A stretch of DNA of 63,954 bases, the filler included, from Candidatus Babelota bacterium (GTDB lineage Bacteria > JAGOBX01), in the NCBI GenBank assembly GCA_017999075.1. It is 8 parts of 8 records of this genome, joined end to end, with 100 filler letters (N's around TTAATTAATTAA, not from the genome) between each part and the next. Parts side by side here need not be neighbours in the genome. Positions count along the whole stretch, not along the records: positions 16,700 to 24,894 come from JAGOBX010000142.1; positions 24,995 to 33,174 come from JAGOBX010000143.1; 6 more parts are not named here. The stretch is one strand, 5' to 3'. Positions 19,802 to 30,866 of this stretch are shown one piece after another; positions within the stretch are counted from its first letter, which is position 1; each line of letters opens with the position of its first letter. A program made the position numbers and the translations under genes. The notes under the pieces were generated by a model. That model did no database searches. It was given only the letters and a program-made list of their open reading frames with translations, and was not told the DNA's origin.

Positions 19802-20746
19802 ATGAAAAAATTTTTAATCATAGCAAATCCGGTATCCGGCAGTTTTATTGGAATAAACAAATTAGAACAGCTTAAAACTTATTTTTCAAACCAAGGCATT
19901 TATACTGAAATATACCTCACTCAATACAAAAATTCAGCTATAGATTACTGTTTAAAACGTCATTCCGAATTCACTGATTTTATAGCAGTCGGCGGAGACG
20001 GAGCTATAAACGAAATTTGTCAGATTGCAAAATACAGAGAAATAAATCTTGGTATAATACCTGCAGGAACAGCCAATGTTTTAGCTAAAGAATTCAATAT
20101 ACCTGAAAATGATATTTTCAAATCCGCAGAAATAATATTAAAAGGTTATGAAACCAAATTTGATTGCTGGGTTGCCAATGATAAAATTTTCGTATTATTC
20201 GTAAGCGGAGGAATAGATTCTGCCGCAGTTGAAAACATAAATCCGCTTTTAAAAAAAATAACAGGCAAAACTGCTTATGTGTATAGTTTTATAAAAAAAT
20301 TTATTTTTTTCAATCTGCCTGATTATAATATAACAGTCAGTATTTCTAATGATTCATTTAAAAATAACCAGCATAAAAAAAACAATAATCAATCTGAAAC
20401 GCATATAATTACAAAACAATTTTTTCTGACAAACATAGAAAAATATGCTGGAAATTTCAGTTTAAACTGCGGTAAAATATATTCTGATAAAATAATTGAA
20501 CTGATATATTTTAAAAATATCAGCAGGTTAAAACTGCTAAAATTCGTTTTTTATATGATTTTCAAAAAAAATATTTTATCGCTTGATTATATAGGTTTAA
20601 TTAAATCGGACGAATTTAAAATTACGGGTTCAAATTCTTTTCCAGTAGAATTCGATGGAGATTCCGGATTATACATTCCTCTCTGCATAACCCCGAATAA
20701 ATACTGCATTAATATAAAAACCGGCAAAAAAAATATTCAACCCTAA
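19802..20746 (+). CDS. Diacylglycerol kinase family lipid kinase (YegS/DAGKc)
   Basis: 'IANPVSG', 'AVGGDGAINE', 'IPAGTANVLA', 'EFDGD'. Confidence 0.9.
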   Translation: MKKFLIIANPVSGSFIGINKLEQLKTYFSNQGIYTEIYLTQYKNSAIDYCLKRHSEFTDFIAVGGDGAINEICQIAKYREINLGIIPAGTANVLAKEFNIPENDIFKSAEIILKGYETKFDCWVANDKIFVLFVSGGIDSAAVENINPLLKKITGKTAYVYSFIKKFIFFNLPDYNITVSISNDSFKNNQHKKNNNQSETHIITKQFFLTNIEKYAGNFSLNCGKIYSDKIIELIYFKNISRLKLLKFVFYMIFKKNILSLDYIGLIKSDEFKITGSNSFPVEFDGDSGLYIPLCITPNKYCINIKTGKKNIQP

Positions 20747-20790
20747 ATTTCATTTTCAAATAAAATCAAATTTTGGGTTGAATATTTTTT
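20728..20790. terminator. Bidirectional terminator-like inverted repeat between convergent genes
   Basis: AAAAAATATTCAACCC...GGGTTGAATATTTTTT, a perfect 16-bp stem that extends to about 23 bp with one mismatch. Confidence 0.7.
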
Positions 20791-20817
20791 AAGTTCAAAC
20801 AATTTTACAGTTCAAAG

Positions 20818-23148
20818 TCACACTTTGAATATTGATACTGATTCTGCAAGATTTGAAGCAATGCCATTCAAATTTTTCGATTCTAAAGCAAGCTCGTCAG
20901 CGCTTCTCGAATTTTCCTGAGCAGCCTGATTTATTTGAGACATAGCCAGATTAATCTGACCAACTCCTGATTTCTGTTCAGCCATAGCATTTTTTATCTG
21001 ATGAGTAATTTTATCAACATTGTCCATTGATTTAACTATCTCAGAAACTGCGTTAGACTGTTCCTGTGTAGCAGAATTAACTTCAGTAGTAGCTGATTGA
21101 ATAAGTTCAACCTGTTTAACTATTTGTTTGCTGGTGGTGTTCTGCTCATTCATAGCTGCCGTAACCTGAGATATTAATGACACCATTTCCTGAACCTTAG
21201 AAACAATTGATTCCAGAGCTGTTCCAACAAGATTTGAAAGTTCAACTCCATTATCAGCAAGTTTAGCATTACTGCGGGTAGAATCAACAGCTTTCTGAGT
21301 TTCAGTCTGGATATTTTTTATTATTCCGCCTATTTCTTTAGTGGCGTTAGAACTGCGTTCAGCAAGTTTCCTTACTTCATCAGCAACTACGGCAAAGCCT
21401 TTTCCGTGTTCGCCTGCGCGCGCAGCTTCAATAGCTGCGTTCAAAGCAAGCAAATTCGTCTGTTCTGAAATTTCAGTTATAACATCAACAATATTACCTA
21501 TATTTTCCGCGCTTATTCCAAGACCTTCAATAATCTTTACAAGTTCAGTCATGCTGTTTTTAATCTGTATTATTCCATCATTTGATTTATTAACAGCTTC
21601 TTTACTGTCATTTGCAGTATCCCCGCTTTCTTTGGCTTTACTGTTAACCACATTTATATTGTCTGTAATTGTAGCGAGATTAGCCATCATTTCTTCAATT
21701 GCAGCAGAAGTCTGGTTTACGGAAGAACTCATACTTTTTGTTGAACCTGCCACGTTTTTCACTGATGCCGAAACCTGTGCAGCGCTTGCAGTTGTCTGAG
21801 TTACAGCAGAAGCTTGAACTTCAACATTATCAGAAACCATATTCAAATTTGAAGAAAATTCTTCAATAGTCGATGAAGTTTCTTCCACGCTTGACGCAGT
21901 TTCCTGAGATGCAGAAGAAATATGATGAACTTTTTCTTCAACTAATGAACTCGACTGTTTAACAGACTGAGCAGAATCTTTGATATTTTTTATAAGTTTG
22001 CCTATTTCTTTTACTGTAGTGTCAATATTATTCGCAAGAATTCCTATCTCATCTTTTGAATCTATTCCGCTTTTTACAGTAAAATCTCCTTCAGCCACTT
22101 TTTTCATTACATCCACTATTTTAAAAACAGGTTTTGTAATAATTTTACTTATAACCAAAGTTATGATTATTCCTATAAATACGGCAACTATAAGGCCTAT
22201 AATAACCAGTCCTGTAGATAATGACAAAGCATTGGCGTTTTCTTTAGAAAGTTTCGATGATGATTCCACTGCAACTTTAGTAATTTCAGAAACTGATTCA
22301 AGAAGTTTTTCAGCCAAAGAATTTCTTGTTTTATTAAGGTTATCCATATCTTCGAAATTTTTCATTATTTTTTCAGTAGCTGATTTATATTCATGACTTG
22401 CAGCCAGTACTCCATCAAGTTCTTTTAAATCTTCTTCCTGAGTTGTATATTTTTTCAATTCAGCGACTGTTTTATCAATTTCTTCAAATTTTACCAATGC
22501 AGCCTGAATTATAGTAAAATCACGTATTGCTTGAGATTTATAGTTAGCTATTCTTATTTCATTTCCAAAATCTACAACATTATTTATCAAAGTAATTTTT
22601 GTATGTCTTCCTTTAACTTTAACTGCTCCTGCACCATATTCTTTTTCCAATTTACTGTTTTGTCCTGAAAGATAATCGTTCACTAAACCCACAAATTTTT
22701 TAGCACTTTCATCCATTACAATTCTCATTGCATCTCTTTCATCGTCCATTCGTTCAGTTTCATTAATCAATTTTTCATATTCAACAAGCAGAGGTTCAAT
22801 AATTTCCAGATTTTTTTTCAATAAGGTTAAATTAGGATACTTCCCGGAAAACTCTTTAGCTTCACCTAAATGAGTTTTAACTTCTTCAAATTCTTCACGG
22901 CAAATTTTAAGATATTCTTTATTTTCAGACAATGAATATCCCCTGATATTGAACATAACTGTTCTGTAATGCCTTTCAAAATCAACGGACAACTCAAGTT
23001 CTTTTAAATATTCGTCTGAAAGACGGACAGATTTGGTTGTAGCGCTTTTCATATTAAAAGAGGCAAATAATCCTACCAATATAAGTATTGCAAGTATAAC
23101 ACCGAACCCGTAAGCTAATTTCATGCCAAGTTTTAAATTTTTGAACAT
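20818..23148 (-). CDS. Methyl-accepting chemotaxis protein (helical periplasmic sensor, HAMP)
   Basis: '[16 protein letters not shown]', two TMs, HAMP 'DEIGILA', tip '[31 protein letters not shown]'. Confidence 0.95.
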   Translation of the reverse strand: MFKNLKLGMKLAYGFGVILAILILVGLFASFNMKSATTKSVRLSDEYLKELELSVDFERHYRTVMFNIRGYSLSENKEYLKICREEFEEVKTHLGEAKEFSGKYPNLTLLKKNLEIIEPLLVEYEKLINETERMDDERDAMRIVMDESAKKFVGLVNDYLSGQNSKLEKEYGAGAVKVKGRHTKITLINNVVDFGNEIRIANYKSQAIRDFTIIQAALVKFEEIDKTVAELKKYTTQEEDLKELDGVLAASHEYKSATEKIMKNFEDMDNLNKTRNSLAEKLLESVSEITKVAVESSSKLSKENANALSLSTGLVIIGLIVAVFIGIIITLVISKIITKPVFKIVDVMKKVAEGDFTVKSGIDSKDEIGILANNIDTTVKEIGKLIKNIKDSAQSVKQSSSLVEEKVHHISSASQETASSVEETSSTIEEFSSNLNMVSDNVEVQASAVTQTTASAAQVSASVKNVAGSTKSMSSSVNQTSAAIEEMMANLATITDNINVVNSKAKESGDTANDSKEAVNKSNDGIIQIKNSMTELVKIIEGLGISAENIGNIVDVITEISEQTNLLALNAAIEAARAGEHGKGFAVVADEVRKLAERSSNATKEIGGIIKNIQTETQKAVDSTRSNAKLADNGVELSNLVGTALESIVSKVQEMVSLISQVTAAMNEQNTTSKQIVKQVELIQSATTEVNSATQEQSNAVSEIVKSMDNVDKITHQIKNAMAEQKSGVGQINLAMSQINQAAQENSRSADELALESKNLNGIASNLAESVSIFKV

Positions 23149-23178
23149 AGCTTTCTACCTCTTATTTTTTAGATTTAA

Positions 23179-23730
23179 TTATTTAACATTTCCCTGAGAA
23201 GCCTGACCTGACTGAACATTTTGAGGCGCCTGAGTTTGAACCTGCTGTTTGTTTATAACTGCGGATGGAACAGCCTGTTTTTCCTGTGAAGCAGACTGAT
23301 TAACAGTGGTCTGCTGTGTTACAGTTTGGTTCTGGGAAGCAGCAGGCTGAGCTGGTGATTGAGGTTTCTGACCTTCTTCCACCTGCTGAGACATAGGCTG
23401 CTGCTGAACCTGAGCAGGAGCTTGAGTTTGCTGCGGCTGAGCCTGATTTTGTGTTTGAAAATTCATAGCAGGAGATTTTTTTATTACAGAATTTCCTGTA
23501 GGAGTCAAACTTAAAACTATAGATGTTACCATAAAAGCAATAGCTGAAAAAGTCGTTATTTTAGATAAAACCGTTTCTCCCTGAGTTCCAAAAACTGTTT
23601 GTGAAGAACCTCCAAAAATCCCGCCAAGAGAATTCCCTTTCCCTACCTGAAGCAAAACAACTATAATAAGTTCTATGCATACAACAATATGAATAATCAA
23701 AACAAAAGTGTGTAAACTAAAAAAATTCAT
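23179..23730 (-). CDS. secG: Preprotein translocase subunit SecG with long Gln-rich C-terminal tail
   Basis: 'VVLLQVGKG..LGGIFGG.SQTVFG', in the conserved pgk-tpiA-secG order. Confidence 0.92.
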   Translation of the reverse strand: MNFFSLHTFVLIIHIVVCIELIIVVLLQVGKGNSLGGIFGGSSQTVFGTQGETVLSKITTFSAIAFMVTSIVLSLTPTGNSVIKKSPAMNFQTQNQAQPQQTQAPAQVQQQPMSQQVEEGQKPQSPAQPAASQNQTVTQQTTVNQSASQEKQAVPSAVINKQQVQTQAPQNVQSGQASQGNVK

Positions 23731-23908
23731 TTTATAAACTCATCTCCTCAACCGCGTCATACGGTAAAATATTATAATAATTTAACAAAACAATAATTTT
23801 TAAACTAAAAATGCAGCAGCAAATTTCAATATTTTAATTTTATTTCACAAATTAATTGCAATTTTGATCCAAAGATCAAACCTCTGCATTTATTCTTTTA
23901 TTGTAATT

Positions 23909-24661
23909 TTATTTAAATTTAACTATCGAAGCAAAACTTTCACAATCCAGAGAAGCGCCGCCTACAAGAGCTCCGTCTATATCAGGCTGATTCATAAGTT
24001 CAGCTATATTATTAGGTTTTACACTGCCGCCATACTGAATCACAATTTTTTCAGAACATTCAATCCCATACTTTTTTTTAAGCCAATCGCGTATATATTT
24101 ATGAACTTCCTGCGCCTGTTCTTTTGTCGCAGTTTTTCCTGTTCCTATTGCCCATACAGGTTCATAAGCAATAGTAATTTTCACCATATCTTCAGATGTA
24201 ATATCTTTCAATCCTTCCTGAAGCTGAGTATCAATTACTTTAAACGTTAAATTTTTTTCACGTTCATCAAGAGTTTCACCAATGCAAAAAATAGGAAGCA
24301 ATGATGAAACCAGCGACGCTTTAATTTTTTTGTTTATTGTTTGATCTGTTTCTTTAAAATATTGCCTGCGTTCCGAATGACCGAGAATAACATACTGTCC
24401 GCCAGCGCTTAAAATCATATCAGCAGATATTTCTCCAGTAAACGCTCCTTCTTTTTCAAAATACATATTCTGCGCGCCGACAAATATATTTGAATCTTTC
24501 AAAATCTGAGATACTGATTCCAGACAAACAGCATTAACGCATACAGCTATATTCACATCTTTAATTCCAATCAATTTATTTTTAAGATTTATCGCAAGCA
24601 TCTTTGCATCTTTCAGATTTTTATACATTTTCCAGTTTCCTGCTATAAACGGTTTTCTCAT
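23909..24661 (-). CDS. tpiA: Triosephosphate isomerase
   Basis: 'IAGNWKM', 'GHSERR', 'AYEPVWAIGTG', 'LVGGASL'. Start at the ATG at 24661 after GGAGGA. Confidence 0.98.
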   Translation of the reverse strand: MRKPFIAGNWKMYKNLKDAKMLAINLKNKLIGIKDVNIAVCVNAVCLESVSQILKDSNIFVGAQNMYFEKEGAFTGEISADMILSAGGQYVILGHSERRQYFKETDQTINKKIKASLVSSLLPIFCIGETLDEREKNLTFKVIDTQLQEGLKDITSEDMVKITIAYEPVWAIGTGKTATKEQAQEVHKYIRDWLKKKYGIECSEKIVIQYGGSVKPNNIAELMNQPDIDGALVGGASLDCESFASIVKFK

Positions 24662-24760
24662 AATTTTATTTTCCTCCAAAAAATTATAAAACAATCACTT
24701 TTATCATAAATCTATTCATTTTTAAAATCATACTAATAATTTTTTTATATATATCCGCTT

Positions 24761-24894
24761 TTATTTGTTATTTAACGCTGAAACACCGGGCAATTCTTTG
24801 CCTTCCAAAAATTCAAGAGATGCTCCGCCTCCAGTAGAAATATGGGTCATTTTATCTGATAACCCAAGTTTTTTTACAGCAGAAACAGAATCTC
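24761..24894 (-). CDS. pgk: Phosphoglycerate kinase, C-terminal fragment (missed by the ORF track)
   Basis: Minus-strand translation '[43 protein letters not shown]'. Confidence 0.95.
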
Positions 24895-24994
24895 NNNNNN
24901 NNNNNNNNNNNNNNNNNNNNNNNNNNNNNNNNNNNNNNTTAATTAATTAANNNNNNNNNNNNNNNNNNNNNNNNNNNNNNNNNNNNNNNNNNNN
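24895..24994. other. Artificial contig linker
   Basis: N44-TTAATTAATTAA-N44. Confidence 0.99.
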
Positions 24995-26046
24995 CTTTTG
25001 AACAGTTCAATAATCTCTTCGGACGCGTGCATAATGTTTTTTTTGTTTTTTTTGTTCATTTTTTCTATAATCTGATTGGAAATAATTTCAATGTCTTCAA
25101 AACGTTCCCTTAGAGGAGGCAGGACTATAGGTATTACATTTATTCTGTAATATAAATCTTCCCGGAATCTTTTGTTTTCAACTTCATCCCATAAGTTTTT
25201 GTTGCTTGCCACTATGAACCTTGCGTCTATATCTATAGCAGCTGAACTGCCTAATCTTTCGATTTTTTTTGTTTGAATAACCCGGAGAAGTTTTGCCTGA
25301 GAATCTAAATCCATATTGTTGATTTCATCAAGAAACAGGGTTCCGTTATTAGCAAGTTCAATTTTTCCTTTTTTAGAACCTGCAGCTCCTGTGAATGCTC
25401 CTCGTTCGTATCCGAATAACTCCGACTGTATTAAAGTAGGAGGTATTGCTCCGCAATCTATTGCTATAAATGGATTGTCTTTTCCCTTTGAAATGTTATG
25501 AATATAATTGGCCATAACCTCTTTTCCTACGCCGCTTTCTCCCATCAGAAGTATTGTAACATTCTGTTTTGCAACTTTATGAACTGTATTCATTATTTCT
25601 GCCATTTTAGGACTTTTGGTTTTTAGTTCAAAACTGTGTTTTTCTATTGAATTTGATTTTAAATATTCAAGCTGGTTTTCAATATCTTCTACATATAAAG
25701 CCTGTTTTATAGTATATCTTATTTCATCTATATGGAATGGTTTTGTAAGATATTCGTAAGCTCCTGATTTTATGCATCTGACAGCTGTTTTCAAATCATC
25801 AATAGCAGTCACCATTATAACAGGAAGCCTGTCAAATTTATTTTTGATTAATTTAAGAACTTCTTCGCCAGAAATATCAGGCATTCTTATATCAAGAATG
25901 ACAATATCAGTCATTTCATTATCAAGAAAATCCAGAGCTTTTTTTGGATTTGTATAAGATATTACAGAATAATCTTTGCCAAGCAGATCATTTAAAAATG
26001 AACAGACAGATTCGTCATCGTCAATAACAAGTATTTTTTTTTTCAT
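24995..26046 (-). CDS. Sigma-54-dependent NtrC-family response regulator (3' truncated)
   Basis: REC domain, Walker A 'GESGVGKE', 'GAFTGA', 'LFLDEI', 'FREDLYYRINV'. Confidence 0.95.
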
Positions 26047-26056
26047 AAATTTTGAG

Positions 26057-29000
26057 TTACCCTTTTATCAATAAATCAAAAATTTTTTTTATGAGTTCTT
26101 TGTTGGAAAAAGGTTTTGTAAGTATATCGTTTGCCCCTGAATCAAAGCATATCTGGCGAACGCTGTTTTCAGCTCTTGCAGTTATTATTAAAACAGGGAT
26201 GTTTTTTGTTGATTCACTGCTTTTGATTTTTTTGCATACGTCAATTCCGCTCATGTCTTTCATTGAAATATCAAGAAGAATAATATCTATTTCCTGATTT
26301 TTTAAAATAGAGAATGATTCTTTTGGATTAGGACATTTTATAACATTGAAATTTTCGTTTTCAAGCAGTATTTCAATAAAATCGAGTATTTCGTTGTCAT
26401 CATCAATTATAAGCACAGATTTTCGTTTTAATCCTGATTTAAAAAAATGTTTTCCGTTTTTTTTCTGAGATTCATCTGTTGAAATTATTTTTTCGTTATT
26501 AATTTCAATATGCGCAACAGGAGGTAAAATGAATGAAAAAATGCTGCCTTTGTTTAAAGAGCTTTTTACAGTTATGATTCCTGAATGGAGTTCTATAATA
26601 TTTTTGCAGATTGATAATCCAAGTCCGAGTCCGCTGTAAGAGCGGGTTGAAGAAGAGTCTATTTGATAAAATCTTTCAAAAATTTTTTCAATTTTATCGT
26701 CAGGGATTCCAATCCCGAAATCCTGAATTTTGAATTCTACTGATTTATCAGAAAAAACTGAAGCAGATATGTTTATAACACCGTTCTTATTTGAAAATTT
26801 TATGGCGTTGCTTAATAAATTGTTTATTACTTGTAAAATTTTGTCTTTATCGCAGGTAATACATATTTCTTCCTGCGGAATAACCAATTTTACGGATATA
26901 TTTTTTTGTTTTAATAAGTCTGAATGCAGAGATATCGAATCATTAATAATATCTCCGAAAACAAATGTTTCATAAAAAAGTTTGTCAATTCCTTTTTCCA
27001 TTCTTGAAAAATTTATCAGATCATTTATTATATTAACAAGCCTGTCAACGTTTGAAATTATACGCGTCAGATAGTCTTTTTGTATTGAAGTCAGAACGCC
27101 GTTATCGATTTTAATGATTAATTCCGAAAAACCGCGTATTGCAACCAATGGGGTTCTAAGTTCATGAGAAATGTTTGATAAAATATTTGTTTTTACTATA
27201 TCCAGAGATTTCAGTTCTTTATTAACTTCTGTAAGTTGTTCGTTAATCAGATTTATTTTTTGTTCCTGCATTTTAATATCTGTAATATCGGGGAAAATCA
27301 TAAGTCCGGCAATTATGTCTCCGAATTTGTTTAATATAGGAGTTGCATACATTAGCGCCCATTTTTCCGAACCGTCCTGGCGTATAATTTTATATTCTTT
27401 GTTTATTATTTTTTTTCCTGAAATAGCTTGATTTAAAGGTCTTTCTGAAATTTCAATTAGTTTGCCGTCTTCAGTTGAAAAATTCCAGGAATAATTTAAG
27501 TCGGACATATTTGTATCAATATATTTGTTTTTAAATTCGGGTTCAATTCCCAAAATTTTGAATGCTGCAGGATTGCACATTTTCATTTTTTTTTCAATTG
27601 AGTCTGCCAATGCCATAGGAACTGGATTTTGTTCAAATGCTGTTTGCAGAAGCGCCTGTGTATATTCAAGTTCTTTTTCGAGTTTTTTTCGTAATGAAAT
27701 GTCGCGAATTATAGCCTGGTAAGTTGAATCAGGCATCATTTTAGTATTCATTTCAATTATGACTGTTTGTCCGTTTTTTTTTGTGAGGAATCTTTCATTT
27801 ATAACCTGCCTGCCTTGTTTTAACAAATCATATTGAAACGGAACTCTTTTTAATTCTTCAGGGTTGAAAAGAATTGAAATATTTTTTCCGATCAGCTCAT
27901 TCTGACTGTAGCCTGAAAGTTCGCATATTTTTGAATTTGCGCCTATTATTATTCCTTCTGAAGAACCCAGTAAAATTCCGTCTGCAGCAAGTTCAACAAG
28001 TATTCTGTAGCGTTCTTCGCTTTTTTTAATAGCTTCATCGAGAGTTTTTTTTAAAGTTATATCTCTGAAAATTCCCAATAAATATTTTTTTTCATTTATT
28101 GTAATAGGAGAGGAATTAATATCAGTAAAAAAAATTGTTCCGTCTTTTCTTTTTACAGGAATATCTGAAGCTGTTTTGATTTCGCATTTTAACTGTTTTT
28201 CCATTAAATCTTTTATTTTATCAATTTCTTTTTCAGGATGAATATCCGTAATGTTTAACGATAATATTTCTTTTTTAGTATAACCGAGCATTTGGCAAAT
28301 GGAGTTATTGGCGAGAAAAAAAGATTTGGTTTCTGCATCTGCAACAAGTATGCCGTCAAGAGCGTTGTCGAAAATGGTTCTGAATTGTTCTTCTGATTCT
28401 TTTAAAGCGGATTGAGCATGTATTTTTTGAGTAAGTTCTGTTTTTAATTCTTTGGTTTTAAGAGTAACCTGTTTATGTAATAAATAATTCCAGATTATTA
28501 CAAGCAAAAAGAAACCTGAAATGATTAAGGCAGTTGTAATAAAAGTTTTTCTGAATTTTTTACTGAACCATATATCTTTTTTTTCGAGACTTATCCATTT
28601 TTCATAAATGACTTTTTTTTCGCGGTCAGAAATTGAATTTACAGTTTTCTGCAGTATATCACGCAATAATGGGTAGTCGTTTCTGACAGCTATTGCTAAA
28701 GGGTTGCTTTTTCCTGAATCTCCTGTAACACGCAAATTTGAAATGCCGTGTTTTTCAATAAGATATGATGCTATAGCAAGATTTACCACAGTAGCATCAG
28801 CTTTGTAAAATGATACTTCTTTCAATGCAGTTAAATCGTCTTTTACAGGGATAATAATTACATTCGGATATTTTGATTTTATAAACTCATGAATAGCATT
28901 GCCTTTTGTAATTGTAATTTTTTTTCCTGACAACTGCTCAAGGGTGATTTCGTCATAAGAATCGCCTGCAGTTATAATAACATTAGGAATATCGATTATA

Positions 29001-29383
29001 GGATTTGTGTAAATAAGATATTTTAATCTGTCTGGAGTTATCTGAGCCGCAGTTATTCCGTCTACTGACCTGTTTTTTGCAGCTTCAATAACATCATCCC
29101 AATTTTTAAGCTGAACAATTTTTAATTTTATTCCCAATCTTTGTTCAATAATAGAAAAATAATCCGAAAAAAAACCTGAATATTTGCCGTTTTCAAAATA
29201 TTCAAGCGGAGGGAAATTGGGATCAGGAGCTAAAGAAATTACAGGATGCGAATTCAGCCAGGAAAGTTCAGAACTTGTGAATTTTATTGGTTCGGCATAA
29301 GAATTGGTAATAATTAAACCGAAACATAATAAAAAAATATAAGCTATAAAAATTTTATTATTATTATTTTTTTTATAATTCAT
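26057..29383 (-). CDS. Hybrid sensor histidine kinase (periplasmic solute-binding family 3 domain, 3 PAS, HisKA, HATPase, REC)
   Basis: 'DPNFPPLEY', PAS repeats, H-box 'SHELRTPL', 'NLLSNAIKFS', 'GLGLGLSIC' and a C-terminal REC. Coupled to the NtrC gene. Confidence 0.93.
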   Translation of the reverse strand: MNYKKNNNNKIFIAYIFLLCFGLIITNSYAEPIKFTSSELSWLNSHPVISLAPDPNFPPLEYFENGKYSGFFSDYFSIIEQRLGIKLKIVQLKNWDDVIEAAKNRSVDGITAAQITPDRLKYLIYTNPIIDIPNVIITAGDSYDEITLEQLSGKKITITKGNAIHEFIKSKYPNVIIIPVKDDLTALKEVSFYKADATVVNLAIASYLIEKHGISNLRVTGDSGKSNPLAIAVRNDYPLLRDILQKTVNSISDREKKVIYEKWISLEKKDIWFSKKFRKTFITTALIISGFFLLVIIWNYLLHKQVTLKTKELKTELTQKIHAQSALKESEEQFRTIFDNALDGILVADAETKSFFLANNSICQMLGYTKKEILSLNITDIHPEKEIDKIKDLMEKQLKCEIKTASDIPVKRKDGTIFFTDINSSPITINEKKYLLGIFRDITLKKTLDEAIKKSEERYRILVELAADGILLGSSEGIIIGANSKICELSGYSQNELIGKNISILFNPEELKRVPFQYDLLKQGRQVINERFLTKKNGQTVIIEMNTKMMPDSTYQAIIRDISLRKKLEKELEYTQALLQTAFEQNPVPMALADSIEKKMKMCNPAAFKILGIEPEFKNKYIDTNMSDLNYSWNFSTEDGKLIEISERPLNQAISGKKIINKEYKIIRQDGSEKWALMYATPILNKFGDIIAGLMIFPDITDIKMQEQKINLINEQLTEVNKELKSLDIVKTNILSNISHELRTPLVAIRGFSELIIKIDNGVLTSIQKDYLTRIISNVDRLVNIINDLINFSRMEKGIDKLFYETFVFGDIINDSISLHSDLLKQKNISVKLVIPQEEICITCDKDKILQVINNLLSNAIKFSNKNGVINISASVFSDKSVEFKIQDFGIGIPDDKIEKIFERFYQIDSSSTRSYSGLGLGLSICKNIIELHSGIITVKSSLNKGSIFSFILPPVAHIEINNEKIISTDESQKKNGKHFFKSGLKRKSVLIIDDDNEILDFIEILLENENFNVIKCPNPKESFSILKNQEIDIILLDISMKDMSGIDVCKKIKSSESTKNIPVLIITARAENSVRQICFDSGANDILTKPFSNKELIKKIFDLLIKG

Positions 29384-29467
29384 TGTGTTAAAATTTTATA
29401 TTAAAAAATAAAAAAAAATAATGTTTTTTTATAAAATTGAAAAAAATGTGTTTTTTATGCAACGAGC

Positions 29468-29495
29468 TTGACATTTAATTCATAAAAAGTAAAAT
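29468..29495 (+). promoter_or_regulatory. Putative sigma70 promoter of murA
   Basis: TTGACA, 16 nt, TAAAAT about 30 nt before the start. Confidence 0.5.
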
Positions 29496-29525
29496 ATTAC
29501 GATAATTTTATTGAGGAAAAAATTG

Positions 29526-30806
29526 ATGGATAAATTTATTATCGAAGAATGTAAAAAAATAAGCGGCGAAATATTTGTTAGCGGATCTAAAAATGCGGCT
29601 CTTCCGATTATGGCTGCAACCCTCCTTGCTTCCGGAGAATATGTTTTGTCCAATATACCGGATTTACGCGATGTTAAAACAATGTCTAAAGTTTTGGAAC
29701 ATCTTGGAGCAAAAACAAAATATGATAATATTTCCAAAAAACTTATTATAAACACAGAAGGCATAAAAAAAAGTTCTGCCGCTCCTTATGAACTCGTTAA
29801 AACAATGCGTGCTTCGGCAGTTGTACTTGGGCCTTTATTGAGCAGATTTGGGGAAGCAAAAGTTTCTCTTCCAGGCGGATGCGCTATAGGAGCAAGACCT
29901 ATAAATATTCATCTTAGAGGATTTGAAGAATTGGGCGCTGCTATAAATATTGAAGATGGTTATGTTTTAGCTAAAACTACTAAAAAACTTAAAGCTGCAG
30001 TTATATCGCTTGATTTTCCTTCTGTAGGGGCAACAGAAAATCTTATGATGGCTGCGTGTTTGGCTGAAGGAAAAACAAGGATATTGAACGCTGCCAGAGA
30101 ACCTGAAATAGTTGATCTTGCTAATTTTTTGAATAAAATGGGAGCTAAAATAAAAAATGCCGGAGAATCGAATATTGATGTTACAGGAGTAAAAAAATTA
30201 AAACCTGTTTCATATAAAATAATTCCTGACAGAATAGAATTCGGAACTTTTATAACAGCAGGCGCTATGATTCCTGGAGAAATAACTATAAAAAATGTGA
30301 ATACTGAACATTTGCCTGGAGTTATTGAAAAAATAAGAAAGACAGGCGTTATAATCGAAAACAGTGGCGCCAATGCTGTAATTGTCAGTAGAATGAAAGA
30401 AAAATTAAAACCAGTAAATATTAAAACAATGCCGTATCCAGGATTTCCTACTGATATGCAGGCGCAGATGTGCGCAGCTTTGTGTTTGGCTGACGGAGTA
30501 AGCTGTATTTCTGAAACAGTGTTTGAAAATAGGTTTATGCATATTAGCGAACTTAACAGACTTGGAGCCAATATTAGAATTGACAGAAATACCGCTGTAA
30601 TAACTGGTGTGAAAAAATTAACCGGAGCGCAGATTATGGCGACTGACCTTCGAGCAAGTGCAGCGCTTGTTCTTGCAGGACTTGCATCATCTGGAAAAAC
30701 CGAACTTTTACGCGTTTATCATATTGACAGAGGATACGAACATATAGAAAAAAAATTTGCGCATATAGGCGCTAAAATACATAGAATAAAAGCTGAAGTC
30801 ATATAA
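29526..30806 (+). CDS. murA: UDP-N-acetylglucosamine 1-carboxyvinyltransferase
   Basis: 'SGSKNAALP', 'LPGGCAIGARP' (active-site Cys present), 'PYPGFPTDMQ', 'TDLRA', 'IDRGY'. Confidence 0.98.
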   Translation: MDKFIIEECKKISGEIFVSGSKNAALPIMAATLLASGEYVLSNIPDLRDVKTMSKVLEHLGAKTKYDNISKKLIINTEGIKKSSAAPYELVKTMRASAVVLGPLLSRFGEAKVSLPGGCAIGARPINIHLRGFEELGAAINIEDGYVLAKTTKKLKAAVISLDFPSVGATENLMMAACLAEGKTRILNAAREPEIVDLANFLNKMGAKIKNAGESNIDVTGVKKLKPVSYKIIPDRIEFGTFITAGAMIPGEITIKNVNTEHLPGVIEKIRKTGVIIENSGANAVIVSRMKEKLKPVNIKTMPYPGFPTDMQAQMCAALCLADGVSCISETVFENRFMHISELNRLGANIRIDRNTAVITGVKKLTGAQIMATDLRASAALVLAGLASSGKTELLRVYHIDRGYEHIEKKFAHIGAKIHRIKAEVI

Positions 30807-30866
30807 ATTTATTGATATTTAAATAATTGTTTTTTTATTTTTGAAAATTGAATTAGGAGGAAAAAT

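Noticed and set aside
15040-21470. Nucleotide similarity between about 15040-15160 and 21350-21470
   Set aside because: This is the conserved MCP signalling tip in two paralogues, not a mobile repeat.
14886-22396. Antisense ORFs over the MCPs (e.g. 14886..15398, 21341..21799), and similar ones over murA, NCS2 and TctA
   Set aside because: Shadow ORFs opposite well-supported genes, with no motifs or RBS.
29860-29900. Fosfomycin-resistant MurA variant
   Set aside because: The active-site Cys is present (LPGGCAIGARP), so this is the ordinary type.
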